A DNA stretch of 64,000 nucleotides from an uncultured Fibrobacterota bacterium. GTDB lineage: Bacteria > Fibrobacterota > Chitinivibrionia > Chitinivibrionales > FEN-1185. This document shows positions 63,914-64,000 of this stretch, piece by piece. The stretch covers positions 31,484-95,483 of the forward strand of contig CAVWBU010000034.1 in NCBI GenBank assembly GCA_963753345.1. Direction: 5' to 3'. The position numbers and the translations under genes are program-made. How positions within the stretch are numbered: position 1 is the first letter of the stretch; the number at the start of each line of letters is the position of its first letter. A model generated the notes under the pieces. It searched no databases. It saw nothing but the letters and a program-made list of their open reading frames with translations, and was not told where the DNA came from.

Positions 63914-64000
63914 TTGAAATTAAAAATTCATGTTACAGCAACCCATCCAGGAAGTTTTAACCGAACAGGAAAGTACGATGAAAAAGAATGATATTGATAA

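Overview
Bacterial chromosomal window. T9SS-like C-terminal domains, an Agl/Glt-like motor operon and an Ech hydrogenase suggest an anaerobic Fibrobacterota-like organism (inference only). It has three zones. (1) About 1-17 kb is accessory: a 2TM-TPR protein, an HNH nuclease, a protective-antigen/binary-toxin-B-like secreted protein, TcmP+DUF5131, a DHFR-like protein and beta-propellers. From 3.9 to 11 kb these modules are separated by four direct copies of a ~110-180 bp repeat that ends in a promoter-like and RBS-like motif. (2) About 17.5-57.7 kb is GC-rich core: SurA/PpiD-like PPIase, S41 protease, tmk, secA, an ExbB/ExbB-ExbD-fusion/ExbD/TonB-like operon, argA, a TonB-dependent receptor, echABCDEF, an aminotransferase, an NtrC-type two-component pair, rdgB, leuS, UDP-glucuronate decarboxylase and a PfkB kinase. 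Its intergenic spaces repeatedly hold a bipartite, highly structured ~400-480 bp dispersed element (4 full copies, 1 near-full copy, several partials). (3) About 57.9-64 kb is a co-oriented cassette-like array with a RelBE/ParDE-type TA pair and attC-like sites, but no integrase lies in the window. leuS, a transglutaminase and the TonB-dependent receptor carry frameshifts that are probably assembly indels. I recognised no rRNA, tRNA, CRISPR array, transposase or reverse transcriptase.
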